A stretch of DNA of 64,000 nt from an uncultured bacterium (GCA_964410945.1 CAYPJE010000014.1:994-64993), one strand, 5' to 3'; shown: positions 1 through 10,217, numbered from the stretch's first letter. Program-made: numbers and translations. Notes: generated by a model not told the origin, from the sequence alone.

Positions 1-1347
1 ACCACCGTAGATAAAGAAGTAAACGGACTGGTATCCGATGCCATCACAAAAGGGGATATCAAAGGTAAAGTAAAGGAAGTGACTCTCTTGCTGCATCCCA
101 AACACCGGATTCTGGTTATTGGTCTGGGCAAAAAGGATAAATTTGACAGCGAGGTTGTTCGCCGGGCCGGTGGTACGATAGCAAAAACAGCACTATCCAA
201 GAAACTTGGTAAATTAGCCGTGGAAGGTTTCGGACATCCGGAATCATGCCAGGCCCTGGCCGAAGGTCTGGTTCTGGGAAGTTACCAGTTCCTGGATTAT
301 AAAAAAGACGATGAAGACCAGTTCGAGCTGGAAAGCGCGATCATTCTTAACGGTGACGAGACAGCTGTCGAAAAGGGTGCGATAATAGCCAGCGCCGTCT
401 GTTTCGCCCGTGACCTCGGCAATCATCCCGGGAATTATGCTACCCCAACCTTCCTGGCTGAACAGGCCGCCGATATAGCCAAAGAAGGCGGCATGAAACT
501 GACGGTCTTCGATCGTGAAGAATTTACTCAGATGGGCATGGGATCGTTTGCCGGTGTCGCTCTGGGAACCGATGAACCACCCAAATTCATTCTGTTGGAA
601 TACAATGGTGGAGGTGATGAGAAACCGGTGGCCCTGGTGGGCAAAGGCTTGACCTTTGACAGTGGTGGTATTTCAATCAAACCGGCCGCTTCCATGGATG
701 AGATGAAATATGATATGTGCGGATCGGCGGTAGTACTGGGCTCGATGAAAGCGATTGCCGCCCTGAAACCGAAAATGAATGTAGTTGCTGCTATTCCGTC
801 CACCGAGAACCTCAGTGGCGGCAAAGCCGTCAAACCAGGTGATATTCTGACGGCATATAACGGGAAGACCATCGAAGTCTTGAACACCGATGCCGAAGGT
901 CGTCTGATCCTGGCCGATGCCCTGGCCTATGTGTCCAAGCATCATGAACCGGAATTCATCTTTGATTTTGCCACGTTGACCGGCGCCGTTGTCATTGCAT
1001 TAGGACATATTGCCACTGGTATTCTTGGCAATGATGATGATCTGATCGAAAAGATCAAGACAGCTTCACAGACCAGCGGTGAGAAATTCTGGCAACTGCC
1101 CCTGTGGGATGAATACTGTGAACATGTGAAATCCAAGATTGCTGACGTGAAAAACATGGGCAAATCCCGTCAGGCCGGTACAATTGCCGGGGCGGCTTTC
1201 CTGAAGGAATTTGTCGGCGAGGATATTCCCTGGGTACATTTTGACATAGCCGGATCCGCCTGGGGCGATGAGGATATCCCGTACAATGTTAAAAACACCG
1301 CCACCGGCGCTGTTATTCGCACCGTACTGGAAGTGATGGGTGTCTGA
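1..1347 (+). CDS. pepA: Leucyl aminopeptidase, M17 family (5' partial, open to window edge)
   Basis: Frame 1 has no stop from nt 1. M17 motifs VGKGLTFDSGGISIKP and NTDAEGRLILADAL are present. Stop TGA at 1345-1347. Confidence 0.9.
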   Translation, partial: TTVDKEVNGLVSDAITKGDIKGKVKEVTLLLHPKHRILVIGLGKKDKFDSEVVRRAGGTIAKTALSKKLGKLAVEGFGHPESCQALAEGLVLGSYQFLDYKKDDEDQFELESAIILNGDETAVEKGAIIASAVCFARDLGNHPGNYATPTFLAEQAADIAKEGGMKLTVFDREEFTQMGMGSFAGVALGTDEPPKFILLEYNGGGDEKPVALVGKGLTFDSGGISIKPAASMDEMKYDMCGSAVVLGSMKAIAALKPKMNVVAAIPSTENLSGGKAVKPGDILTAYNGKTIEVLNTDAEGRLILADALAYVSKHHEPEFIFDFATLTGAVVIALGHIATGILGNDDDLIEKIKTASQTSGEKFWQLPLWDEYCEHVKSKIADVKNMGKSRQAGTIAGAAFLKEFVGEDIPWVHFDIAGSAWGDEDIPYNVKNTATGAVIRTVLEVMGV

Positions 1348-1370
1348 TTAGCCGGATTATTCCATAATAT

Positions 1371-1401
1371 AAAAAGCCCCTGCATTTGCCAGGGGCTTTT
1401 T
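1371..1401. terminator. Bidirectional rho-independent terminator
   Basis: Stem GCCCCTG (1376-1382) / CAGGGGC (1390-1396) with a 7-nt loop. An A-run lies upstream and a T-run downstream. It sits between convergent genes. Confidence 0.7.
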
Positions 1402-1440
1402 ATATGAACTCAGTGAAACACGGTCTTGATAATGAAATAT

Positions 1441-2097
1441 CTAAACCTGGCAGTCATTATCTAATTCTTGTGCCAATTCAATACTGAATTGAATTTCATT
1501 TACACCAAAATCGGCTTTCTTACCGGTTTGTTTTTCATATAACAAAATGAATTCTTCTGGTGTATGATCAATGAACTCTTTGATTGATTTTATTCCCAGA
1601 TCATAGATCATTCGGGCGAATACCGGTCCAACACCGTAGGCTCTTGACAGGTCGGATAAACATACCAGTTCATTCAGGGCCGGCAGCGGGATACCGGTTG
1701 TTTCAGACATTGATTCCCTTAGGTCTCTACTGTAAGCCTGATTAAATAACTGACGTGTATTTTTTATACCGATTTTGGATAAGCCCTCCAGATAACTGGC
1801 TTGAACATCAGGGAATTTTGCCAATGGCACTGGATTGGACAGGAAGCTTCGCGCCTCTCTATTCAATAATGTCAGGTAATCCTGTGGCAGCCCGGTCTGT
1901 TCGGAAAATTTTCCTATTCCTACCTTGGTTTTAAGTTGGTCAGTCAGTTCTTTTAGGTTAGTAATTCCATAATCGATCAGTATCCCGAATCTGATATTTA
2001 TATCATCCTTCAGGATCAAGCGGCTTGGAATCATTTCACGATTCTGAATATTCAGCCTGAATTTTTCCAAGTCAATTTGATATCGGGGCTCCATCAT
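1441..2097 (-). CDS. Hypothetical protein with helix-hairpin-helix-like repeats (DUF4332-like by eye)
   Basis: The internal start MMEPRY (ATG at 2095-2097) avoids overlap with the upstream stop at 2111 and has AAGG upstream. HhH-like segment GVGPVFARMIYDLGIKSIKEF. Confidence 0.45.
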   Translation of the reverse strand: MMEPRYQIDLEKFRLNIQNREMIPSRLILKDDINIRFGILIDYGITNLKELTDQLKTKVGIGKFSEQTGLPQDYLTLLNREARSFLSNPVPLAKFPDVQASYLEGLSKIGIKNTRQLFNQAYSRDLRESMSETTGIPLPALNELVCLSDLSRAYGVGPVFARMIYDLGIKSIKEFIDHTPEEFILLYEKQTGKKADFGVNEIQFSIELAQELDNDCQV

Positions 2098-2110
2098 TAA
2101 TACCTTATCG

Positions 2111-2836
2111 TTATTCTGATTTGTTATAAATAACCGGCATCCGGCCCTTCCATTTATTCCAGACAACATCATTGGTGATCAGATCAGCCATGAAATGAGC
2201 AACATTGATTCGGCTGGTTTTTCCCGCATCAAAAATCGCACTTCGAATTGGAGATGGGTGAACTTTATAATCAGTGACATCGTTCTCATCGGTCAAACTG
2301 TCGGGACGGACCGCCGCCCACTCAATCAAGTCGTCGTTTTGCCCGATCGCTGTCCGCAGATATTCGGCGGCCTGCTCGTTATCCTTCTGGGGCGGCAATA
2401 ATAAACGAACGAGTCCAAGGACGATTCGTTCACTGTCGGATATCGGTTCTACCAGATCGCGGTTGCGGTTTCCGGTGGTGTTCATCAATACATACTTGAC
2501 TGGTTTCTCTGGTGTTGTTGTTTTGATTGCAGCACACAGGCGTCGGGCGGCATCGGTAACCAGGCGTCTCGGCTGGCCGTAGATACCCCTTAAACTCAGA
2601 TTATGCCCCAGACAGGAGGCAACCGCCGTACAGCCATCCGCATGCCCGGCCAGTTCCGCATCGCTCAAGTCAAGCAAACTGGCCCGGATCACGTGCAAAC
2701 CACTGTGTTTCTGGCTGGTGGGGAGCAGTTTATCGGGGGAACGTACTATCGCTTTTACATTGTGTCCCCTATTAAGTAATTCATCAACTAGCAGCCGGCC
2801 GGTGGCCCCGGTAGCACCAACAATGAGTATTTTCAT
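2111..2836 (-). CDS. NAD(P)-binding oxidoreductase (NmrA/atypical SDR-like)
   Basis: N-terminal Rossmann motif MKILIVGATGATGRLL. The ATG at 2834-2836 is preceded by AGGAG at about 6 nt. Confidence 0.7.
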   Translation of the reverse strand: MKILIVGATGATGRLLVDELLNRGHNVKAIVRSPDKLLPTSQKHSGLHVIRASLLDLSDAELAGHADGCTAVASCLGHNLSLRGIYGQPRRLVTDAARRLCAAIKTTTPEKPVKYVLMNTTGNRNRDLVEPISDSERIVLGLVRLLLPPQKDNEQAAEYLRTAIGQNDDLIEWAAVRPDSLTDENDVTDYKVHPSPIRSAIFDAGKTSRINVAHFMADLITNDVVWNKWKGRMPVIYNKSE

Positions 2837-2986
2837 GCTCACTCCTATAAAAATTGTATTCGTGGACCCTGAATGCCCGTCTTAAACTGTTTTTCGAAGT
2901 ACCTGAATTGACCGGGCACAAGTTTAGGCCAGTCCTTTAGGGCTGGTCCAAATATGATGAAGAAAAATATAATGCCGTTTACGGCA

Positions 2987-3408
2987 TTAATCTTTGATTC
3001 CATAATGATTTAAAATAATATTTACTTCCTCCTGAAAGGTGTTTTTATTATGATGTTCTTCCTGCCTTATGATATACTGACGGACCTTTTTTACTTGCGA
3101 CTCAGAGACCGAAAAAACCGCGTATCCGTTTTGCCAGGCGAATTTTCCCGGGATAAAATTTGATTTATTAATCCAATTGGAGGACTCTCCTTTAAGAAGG
3201 TTGGCAATTTCGGCTGGAGATTGTTTAGGTTTCAGGCCAATCAAAAGGTGTATGCGGTCCATGCTACCATTTACCATATCAATATGGATACCATTATTTT
3301 TACCATATTCCTTGTAGTGAGTGCTGAAAGTAAATCCTTTGTTATAAATCTATCCCGATTGTGGGTAGCCCAGATGAAGTGCAGCCATATTTTGGAATAT
3401 GTTTGCAT
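2987..3408 (-). pseudogene. IS200-like Y1 (HUH) transposase / RAYT-like, frameshifted
   Basis: The minus strand from ATG 3408 reads MQTYSKIWLHFIWATHNRDRFITK. The homologous continuation FTFSTHYKEYGKNNGIHIDMVNGSMDRIHLLIGL...VRQYIIRQEEHH is in another frame. The span is 422 nt, not a multiple of 3. The frame switch is near 3334-3349. Confidence 0.7.
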
Positions 3409-3550
3409 TTATTTACTAACGGCGTAAACGCCCTGCATTATATTAGAAAATAACCTTATCTCCGGCCCTGAAGAGCCGGGCCATGGATAAATATTAATCG
3501 GAATGTGTTTCACTGTATTGTTCACATTTTATAGATAAAAATGGATGAGT

Positions 3551-4531
3551 TTACTCATGGGGCTCTATTTGAAAATTTGCTGCCAGCTCATAGACCAGTT
3601 TACTGCAGCCGCCGTTCTCGATATACTCGGTGTGATCATCTATGGTTTCGAAATGCTGCCCTGAAATTTTGGAACACAGTATTTCATTCCCCGTCAGGCT
3701 ATAAAACGTATTTAAGATTTCTTCCGAGTTTGGATTGGAATAACCTGATTCCCCTGGATTCTTTCGGCACCAGGCCAGTGTGCTCAACCAAATTGCCGCA
3801 CCCAGGGCACCACAAGCGTTGCCGCTCAGACCGATACCGCCGGAAAAACCGGCCACCGCTACCATTTCTTCATCGCTGGCGCCCATCTTTCTGGCAACTT
3901 CACAGGCACAACACGCTTGAGTTCGTGATATTGCCGGCTGTTTACTGGACAATCCTTCTTTGGCCGACTGAATCGCTTCCGGAGCCCATTTTTCCGCCAG
4001 ATTCATACAGACCATATTGGTGAATCCGCCGGGAAGGGACTTTACCATAAATTTCATAATATCAAATGAACTGGCGGTGTCACAGCCAATTATATCGCGG
4101 CAATTGACTGATTTTGCCCGGTCGGTGAGGGATTGCACCAGATGTTGGGCTGCAATCAGGGCGGCTGGGGCAGCCTGATCAGGATCGTTGAATCGCCGAA
4201 AAGCTTCCGCACCGGCCGCCAATGTTGAACCCCACAGCATGCCGCACTGGTTCTGGGTCATCATCAGTCCCCCTGCCAGCGGGTCCGCGGCCTGTTCCCC
4301 GGTTTCATCGGGATATCCGAATTCGCGGTTTAATATGCAATAGAAGGTATGTGAGCAGGCGCCGCATCTGGCAAAGGTTTTTTTGACGTCAATCGGGATT
4401 TGACTAGAATGATGAAGTGCTTTAAACAGTTTATCAGAATATACCATTAGAGCAGCAACGCCGGTAGTAGCAGTGCCAGCCGCAGTCAGTTTTATGAATT
4501 TACGCCGGTTGATGGTACTTTTTTTCTTCAC
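3551..4531 (-). CDS. Tat-signal protein, C_GCAxxG_C_C family-like (putative redox protein)
   Basis: Twin-arginine leader MKKKSTINRRKFIKLTAAGTATTG. Cys/Gly motifs ARCGACSH, QNQCGMLWGS and GNACGALGAAIW. Confidence 0.5.
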   Translation of the reverse strand: MKKKSTINRRKFIKLTAAGTATTGVAALMVYSDKLFKALHHSSQIPIDVKKTFARCGACSHTFYCILNREFGYPDETGEQAADPLAGGLMMTQNQCGMLWGSTLAAGAEAFRRFNDPDQAAPAALIAAQHLVQSLTDRAKSVNCRDIIGCDTASSFDIMKFMVKSLPGGFTNMVCMNLAEKWAPEAIQSAKEGLSSKQPAISRTQACCACEVARKMGASDEEMVAVAGFSGGIGLSGNACGALGAAIWLSTLAWCRKNPGESGYSNPNSEEILNTFYSLTGNEILCSKISGQHFETIDDHTEYIENGGCSKLVYELAANFQIEPHE

Positions 4532-4535
4532 GACT

Positions 4536-4955
4536 TTACCTTGGTATTCTCATTCGGTATTGAATAAAGGTCCGGCATAACCCGAAAACATAGGGAAATA
4601 CCATTATTAACAGGTAAAAGAAATCAATTCCGAATCCAAAATCGTACCTGATCCTGAATTCGATATCATGATATAATACGATTGAAATATATGCCAGCGG
4701 TAAAAGAAACCAGGCCAAAATATTCCCGATGGGATTCTTTTTAATTAGATCGAACTTATTCAGAAAAATCGTCAGGGATAGTACACACATCAAAGCGATA
4801 AAAATTAATGTGGGCATAATTGACATGCCGAATACCGATTTCAGCGCCAGGGGATCGCTTTTATAATTATTGATCAAAGAATAGACGATACTGAAAAACA
4901 GTACAAATATCGACGGGTATAAAGCTGCATTTTTATAGTACTTGAAGAGATTCAT
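4536..4955 (-). CDS. Hypothetical integral membrane protein
   Basis: 139-aa ORF with four hydrophobic segments. It begins 4 nt downstream of the upstream gene's stop, on the same strand. The sequence is AT-rich. Confidence 0.5.
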   Translation of the reverse strand: MNLFKYYKNAALYPSIFVLFFSIVYSLINNYKSDPLALKSVFGMSIMPTLIFIALMCVLSLTIFLNKFDLIKKNPIGNILAWFLLPLAYISIVLYHDIEFRIRYDFGFGIDFFYLLIMVFPYVFGLCRTFIQYRMRIPR

Positions 4956-5122
4956 CGACCCTATAAATTAATCAATAATACAGATGCGGTCATCCTTTTT
5001 AACTGGTTCAACGAACTCATCGATTGAGTCTGCTTCCGGTACCGGATTGTACCGGCTCAAATATTTCATTTAACGGATTGCCGTTATATTGCTAAATAAT
5101 AATCAAGTTTATGAAATTCCTT

Positions 5123-5923
5123 TTATAATATCACATGTAAAATAATATCTGCGCTAAAATGTGCGATCATGGCACTCTCAAGTCCGTATGTGAAATATAG
5201 CCAACCAAACGCCATTCCACCGATGCCATTTAATGCAATTGCACGAGTGATTACAAAGATATCTAAAGGGGCGCCTATTGCCACAGTTGCAGGAAGATGA
5301 CCTATCCCAAATATCACAGCAGCAATAATATTTGCAGTCCAAAGTACAGCTAATGATGGTTTATTAGTCTTATTTGAAGTGATTAACATTCCAATCCATA
5401 CGATAAAAGTTAGAAGGAACAGTCTTAATAATACTTCTTCTGTAATTCCACCATAAAATGAAGCAAGAAATCCTTTCCATGATGAAGGGTGAACTGAATC
5501 AGGGATTTCAATACCAAACTGTGCTAAATATATATCCAGATCAAATATCCATAAATCTAAACCACTAATTATAAGTCCGATAGAGACACCAACAATCACA
5601 GCAATAAATATAATATGTTTAAATCTATCATCTATTTTTTCTTTATTTAATGCTTTCTCAAGAATAGGTAAACCTAAACCATATTTGTTTCCAAGTAACA
5701 AGCCGAGGCCTGTTAGCAGAGCAAAAAACAATCCATTGATAGATATTTGAATAAGAAGAATTAGTTCTAAGGACATTGGCAGTTCGATACTCTCTAATTG
5801 TGAAGATTGTAGAGTTAGAGTATAAGGAATAACTGCAATGAGCCCAAAAATTACACCAGCCCATAATATAAAGAAGAGTTTCCAACTAAATTTCTTTTCA
5901 AAAGGCATATTATTTAAATCCAT
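5123..5923 (-). CDS. CPBP family intramembrane glutamic endopeptidase (CAAX protease-like)
   Basis: Motifs GGITEEVLLRLFL (EExxxR), FGIGH (FxxxH) and AHFSAD, in a multi-TM protein. Confidence 0.75.
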   Translation of the reverse strand: MDLNNMPFEKKFSWKLFFILWAGVIFGLIAVIPYTLTLQSSQLESIELPMSLELILLIQISINGLFFALLTGLGLLLGNKYGLGLPILEKALNKEKIDDRFKHIIFIAVIVGVSIGLIISGLDLWIFDLDIYLAQFGIEIPDSVHPSSWKGFLASFYGGITEEVLLRLFLLTFIVWIGMLITSNKTNKPSLAVLWTANIIAAVIFGIGHLPATVAIGAPLDIFVITRAIALNGIGGMAFGWLYFTYGLESAMIAHFSADIILHVIL

Positions 5924-6359
5924 TCAGTTTCCTCTAATTTAATGTGAGTCAACAATGTATTCAATCAGTTTAAATACCGAGCAATATAACTAGTGGTTGA
6001 ACGACTTTGATAATAGTTTATGTACGACAATTCTGTCGGATAAAAATCCATTTGTATATTCAAATTCATATGCTAATCCCTTGTTATCTAAAGTTTAAGC
6101 TGAATTATTCTTGATTACAATAGGAATATTTTCCGGCTCGGATAACATTCCTGTGTCGAATAACAATCCAGAGTCGCTGGTCATAAATCATCCACCGGAC
6201 TCTTGATATGGCGTCTTCTGGTACGGATCACATGGGTATGAATCATTGTTGTCTTGACACTGTTAATACTACCAATACTCATTTCATTGCACACCCCGTT
6301 GGAACAATTATTACTACCAGGTTAAATTCTACTTCGAATCATTTTACAAAGGAGGAATC

Positions 6360-6929
6360 ATGGTCGATTATCCCACCCGCGCTGAGGCGCTGGATCTGTT
6401 TTATGAATATACCAAATCCGATTCCCTGCGTAAGCACGGCCTGGCCGTGGAACAGGTGATGCGCAAGCTGGCGGAAAAATATGACGGGGATGTGGAATTG
6501 TGGGGCCTTGCCGGGCTGTTGCATGATTTCGATTACGAGCTGTATCCCACAGCGGAAGAACACCCATATAAGGGGAACGAAATCCTGAAGGAAAAAGGCT
6601 ACCCCAGGGAAATGCTGGATGCCATCATGGGCCATGCCGATTACACCGGTGTCCCCCGGGAGAGTCTGATGGCCAAGGCCCTGTTCTCCTGCGATGAGTT
6701 ATCGGGGTTTATCTTTGCTGTGACCTACGTGCGGCCATCCCGCTCGGTTTTGGATGTTAAGGTCAAATCGGTGAATAAAAAACTGAAGGACAAGAGCTTT
6801 GCCGCCAAGGTGAGCCGGGAAGATGTGAACAAGGGGATCGAAGGACTGGGCGTAGACCGGGCCGAACACATCCAGTTTGTGATCGATGCCCTGAAGGAGA
6901 AAGCAGAGGAGCTGGGATTGGCGGGGTAG
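6360..6929 (+). CDS. HD/HDIG domain metal-dependent phosphohydrolase
   Basis: KHGLAVEQVMR...LAGLLHDFDYE (H...HD motif). AGGAGG lies upstream of the ATG. Confidence 0.75.
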   Translation: MVDYPTRAEALDLFYEYTKSDSLRKHGLAVEQVMRKLAEKYDGDVELWGLAGLLHDFDYELYPTAEEHPYKGNEILKEKGYPREMLDAIMGHADYTGVPRESLMAKALFSCDELSGFIFAVTYVRPSRSVLDVKVKSVNKKLKDKSFAAKVSREDVNKGIEGLGVDRAEHIQFVIDALKEKAEELGLAG

Positions 6930-6943
6930 AAAGGTGTCAGTTG

Positions 6944-9298
6944 TTATTTGATCAGCAGCATTTGGTTTTGGAATACTTGTTTATTAGCTGTCAACCGGTA
7001 AAAATATATCCCGGAGGCGTGATTAGTTCCGTTCCATTTAATTGAGTGCTCACCAGCCGGTCGAAAACTGTTTTCTAACGTTTCTATTTTCTGTCCCCTC
7101 AAATTATAAATGCTTAAATCGATCTGACAGTCCTGGCTCAAATAATATGTAATGACCGTATTTGGATTGAACGGATTGGGGTAATTCTGATAGAGGACAA
7201 ATTGCTCCGGTCGGATTGGCTTGTCCTCTTCGGTTCCCACCGTTGATTGCTGGAAATAGCCGATAATGCGCTCCATTGCAGCAGCACGGTTTGAGCTGCC
7301 GACAATTGTTTCAAACGGGAATCCGAAATAAACCAGCTTGCCAGGGACTGTAGAGCCATCAAAGGTACCGGCATAACAGACGGCAGCATTGTAATTATTT
7401 CCGTATTTCAGGCAGACCGAACTTCCGTTAACAGCATTGATATAGTCTGGATAATCCTCAAGGTACAGTGCGCTGGATGTGCCATAAGTGAATGAAATCC
7501 CATCGAATATCGAACCACTGACACCATTTATCGTGGTATTGGCGGCATCATCGCCAACATAATAGGCTCGCAGGAACTGGTTATAGAATTGCTGGTCGGC
7601 GGTCGGTCGGGATGAACGTCCCAGGTCCCAGCCGATTTCCGAGCCGGTGATCAACAGGCAGCCGCCCTGCTTGAAATAAGCTTCAACAATATCCTGTTCT
7701 GCGGCCGAAAATGTTTCATCGGAGGTGCTTTCATCGGCCAAAATCCAGGCTACGTAAGGGTAATCGTTCAGATTGACTGTACCAGACAGCACCTGGTCAT
7801 TGTCACAGGAGTCGAAATCAATTGAATCCGGTAAAGCCTGACCATGGATGGTGGAGAAATGATGGGCTGCCGCCCCCCAGCTGCCGATCCGGTCGTAACC
7901 GTCAACAATCAAGAGGTCTTTTTCGGTTCCCCGCTGGGAGTAGGTATCGGAAAAGTCACTATTCTGACCCTCGTATGAGTTGACCAGTTTTACCTGAATA
8001 AAATCATCTGCCGGGGCATCGTTCATCGGGATTGTCAGACTGGTTGTGTCAGTACCGAACGTTTGATACAGTTGAAAACCGTTGCCGGTATCCAGCCAGA
8101 TGGAAGTGTTTTCCACTGGCCCCATGACCATATTTGGACTCCATTTTATTACCAGTTGATCGGCATCATCGCGTTTAATCGAATTCAGGATCGGCTGGGG
8201 GGGAATACCTTCCAGGGCCCGGAAAGCGGCATCGGCCACGGCCTGGCGGGTTGAGGTCACTGAGGCTGAATCATCGGGGTAGACCCGGTTGGTAAGGAAT
8301 ACCACAAAGATATCATTTACCGGGTCGCACCATACTGATGTTCCCGTATAACCGGTGTGCCCAAACGATAGTGTTGACAGAAGGGAACCAGCCGATGTAC
8401 CACCGAAGGTATTGGTACCCCAGCCCAGGGCCCGGGAAGTTCCACTGGTGTTATAGCGGGTGGTAAACTGATTGACGATTGATGCATCCAGGTAGCGTAC
8501 ACCTTTATAGATGCCATCATTCAGCAACAACTGGCAGATTTTCGCCAGATCCCCGGTGGTGGCGAACAGTCCGGCGTTCCCGGAATATCCATCCAGGCCC
8601 CGGGCCAACGGATCATGGACCTGTCCCTGGTAGCCGCTGGCGGAGGAGGTGGGTGGGCACTGGTTCCAGATCGAGTCCGGTGGGGCGAACATGGTGCGGT
8701 CCATCTCCAGGGGAGTGGTGAATTCTTCTTCGAAAAACTGATACATCGGTTTACCGGCCACCGCTTCGACGACTTTCATCAGGGTGACAAAATTCAGGCA
8801 GCTGTAAACGTAAGTACCAATTGGATTGATCTGCCCCATCCCGAAGATGACATCGATAATCTCTTCCGGTGTTTTGCTGGCTGGCGGTGAATAATAGGCT
8901 GTCAGCCCGCTTTCATGCAACAGCAGGTCTTTAATCCGGATATCATCCTTGCCGTTGGCTCCAAAGGCCGGGATATAGGTGTCGGCATATTCATCGATAT
9001 CAACCAGCCCGGAATCCACCAGTTTCATTATGCAGGAGGTAGTGGCAAAAACCTTGGTGCAGGAGGCCAGGTCGAAGATCGAATTGGTGTCTACAACTGT
9101 GGAAGTCTGGCTATAAGTGAAACGACCATAAGAATTATGGTAATAAATTTCCGAGCTGCTGCCAACGATTACCGTTGCTCCGGGGAATACTGAACTGGCA
9201 ATAGCCTGTTCGATAATGTGATCGACTCCGTTGAACTGCTGGGCGGAAATGAAAGAAAGGATTAACAGGGATCTGATGAAATGTTTCAGCGATTGCAT
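6944..9298 (-). CDS. Secreted serine hydrolase (beta-lactamase fold) with T9SS C-terminal sorting domain
   Basis: SxxK motif ASCTKV near the N-terminus. Signal peptide from MQSLKHFIRSLLILSFISAQ. The C-terminal tail YQNYPNPFNPNTVITYYL...GIYFYRL...LLIK is typical of Por/T9SS CTDs. Confidence 0.75.
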   Translation of the reverse strand: MQSLKHFIRSLLILSFISAQQFNGVDHIIEQAIASSVFPGATVIVGSSSEIYYHNSYGRFTYSQTSTVVDTNSIFDLASCTKVFATTSCIMKLVDSGLVDIDEYADTYIPAFGANGKDDIRIKDLLLHESGLTAYYSPPASKTPEEIIDVIFGMGQINPIGTYVYSCLNFVTLMKVVEAVAGKPMYQFFEEEFTTPLEMDRTMFAPPDSIWNQCPPTSSASGYQGQVHDPLARGLDGYSGNAGLFATTGDLAKICQLLLNDGIYKGVRYLDASIVNQFTTRYNTSGTSRALGWGTNTFGGTSAGSLLSTLSFGHTGYTGTSVWCDPVNDIFVVFLTNRVYPDDSASVTSTRQAVADAAFRALEGIPPQPILNSIKRDDADQLVIKWSPNMVMGPVENTSIWLDTGNGFQLYQTFGTDTTSLTIPMNDAPADDFIQVKLVNSYEGQNSDFSDTYSQRGTEKDLLIVDGYDRIGSWGAAAHHFSTIHGQALPDSIDFDSCDNDQVLSGTVNLNDYPYVAWILADESTSDETFSAAEQDIVEAYFKQGGCLLITGSEIGWDLGRSSRPTADQQFYNQFLRAYYVGDDAANTTINGVSGSIFDGISFTYGTSSALYLEDYPDYINAVNGSSVCLKYGNNYNAAVCYAGTFDGSTVPGKLVYFGFPFETIVGSSNRAAAMERIIGYFQQSTVGTEEDKPIRPEQFVLYQNYPNPFNPNTVITYYLSQDCQIDLSIYNLRGQKIETLENSFRPAGEHSIKWNGTNHASGIYFYRLTANKQVFQNQMLLIK

Positions 9299-9443
9299 GG
9301 GTACTCCTGGCTGGTGGATTATCAATCGGTTATAATTGTTGATGTGGTAATATTTACAGTTTGATATTACGTTTATTTTCTGTTTATTCGAACGGTGAAA
9401 AAAGATATATCAGTGGAGCCAGGGAGAATTGTTTAATAGTGTG

Positions 9444-10217
9444 CTATGGTGATTCCATTGCACTGACAGCCGTACATATTCCATTCATGCAATCAACCTG
9501 TGGCGAAATGACGTACATACAATCCGAACCCCAACCGTAACGGGCATTCAAAGTATCGTTGAAGGCATAATGTTCATTAACCATTGCCCGCAGAACGGTT
9601 GAATCTACGGTGGTGGCTGAATAAACCAGATAAGTCCAGTGGCCGCCACAGGGTTTGGCACCGAAACCTATCGACTGGCAGTCGGCTGAATCCCCGCATT
9701 CCGGTACACCGATATAAGCGATTATATCCTGTTCCATCTGCTTCAACCGGACCAGATCACATTCTTCCGAGGTAGCTTTGTCCAAGGTTATCATGACTGA
9801 ATAATCGGTCAATTGGTAAATACTGTCAACATGTGGATAGGGACTGACATCAATCAGCTCGATTGAATAACACTGAATTATTGTATCATTGGGAAAGCCA
9901 CTGAAAGTGTGCAGTGAAAAACTGGTGGAGGAATCGGTACCGGTTAAAGTAAAACCCGGTTCGGCATCGCCTTCCCAAAAGCATTCCATGCCAACAGGGC
10001 AGCGTGAATCAGCAAATAATGTATCAAAGATCAGGGAAATATTCTCATCATAGTTTACGGCGGTCTCCATATAGCCAATATTGATCGTATCGCCAAGCAC
10101 CAGCGTAGAAGGCAATGAATTTTCATCGTCGGAATTTTCATCGCAGGAGAGGTAAAAGAAAAACAGCACCGGGAATACAATACGAATCGCTTTGTAAAAT
10201 ACTATTAACATCAACAT
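9444..10217 (-). CDS. Hypothetical secreted Cys-rich (lipo)protein
   Basis: Hydrophobic leader ending FYLSCDE, with multiple Cys pairs. No recognisable catalytic motif. Confidence 0.45.
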   Translation of the reverse strand: MLMLIVFYKAIRIVFPVLFFFYLSCDENSDDENSLPSTLVLGDTINIGYMETAVNYDENISLIFDTLFADSRCPVGMECFWEGDAEPGFTLTGTDSSTSFSLHTFSGFPNDTIIQCYSIELIDVSPYPHVDSIYQLTDYSVMITLDKATSEECDLVRLKQMEQDIIAYIGVPECGDSADCQSIGFGAKPCGGHWTYLVYSATTVDSTVLRAMVNEHYAFNDTLNARYGWGSDCMYVISPQVDCMNGICTAVSAMESP

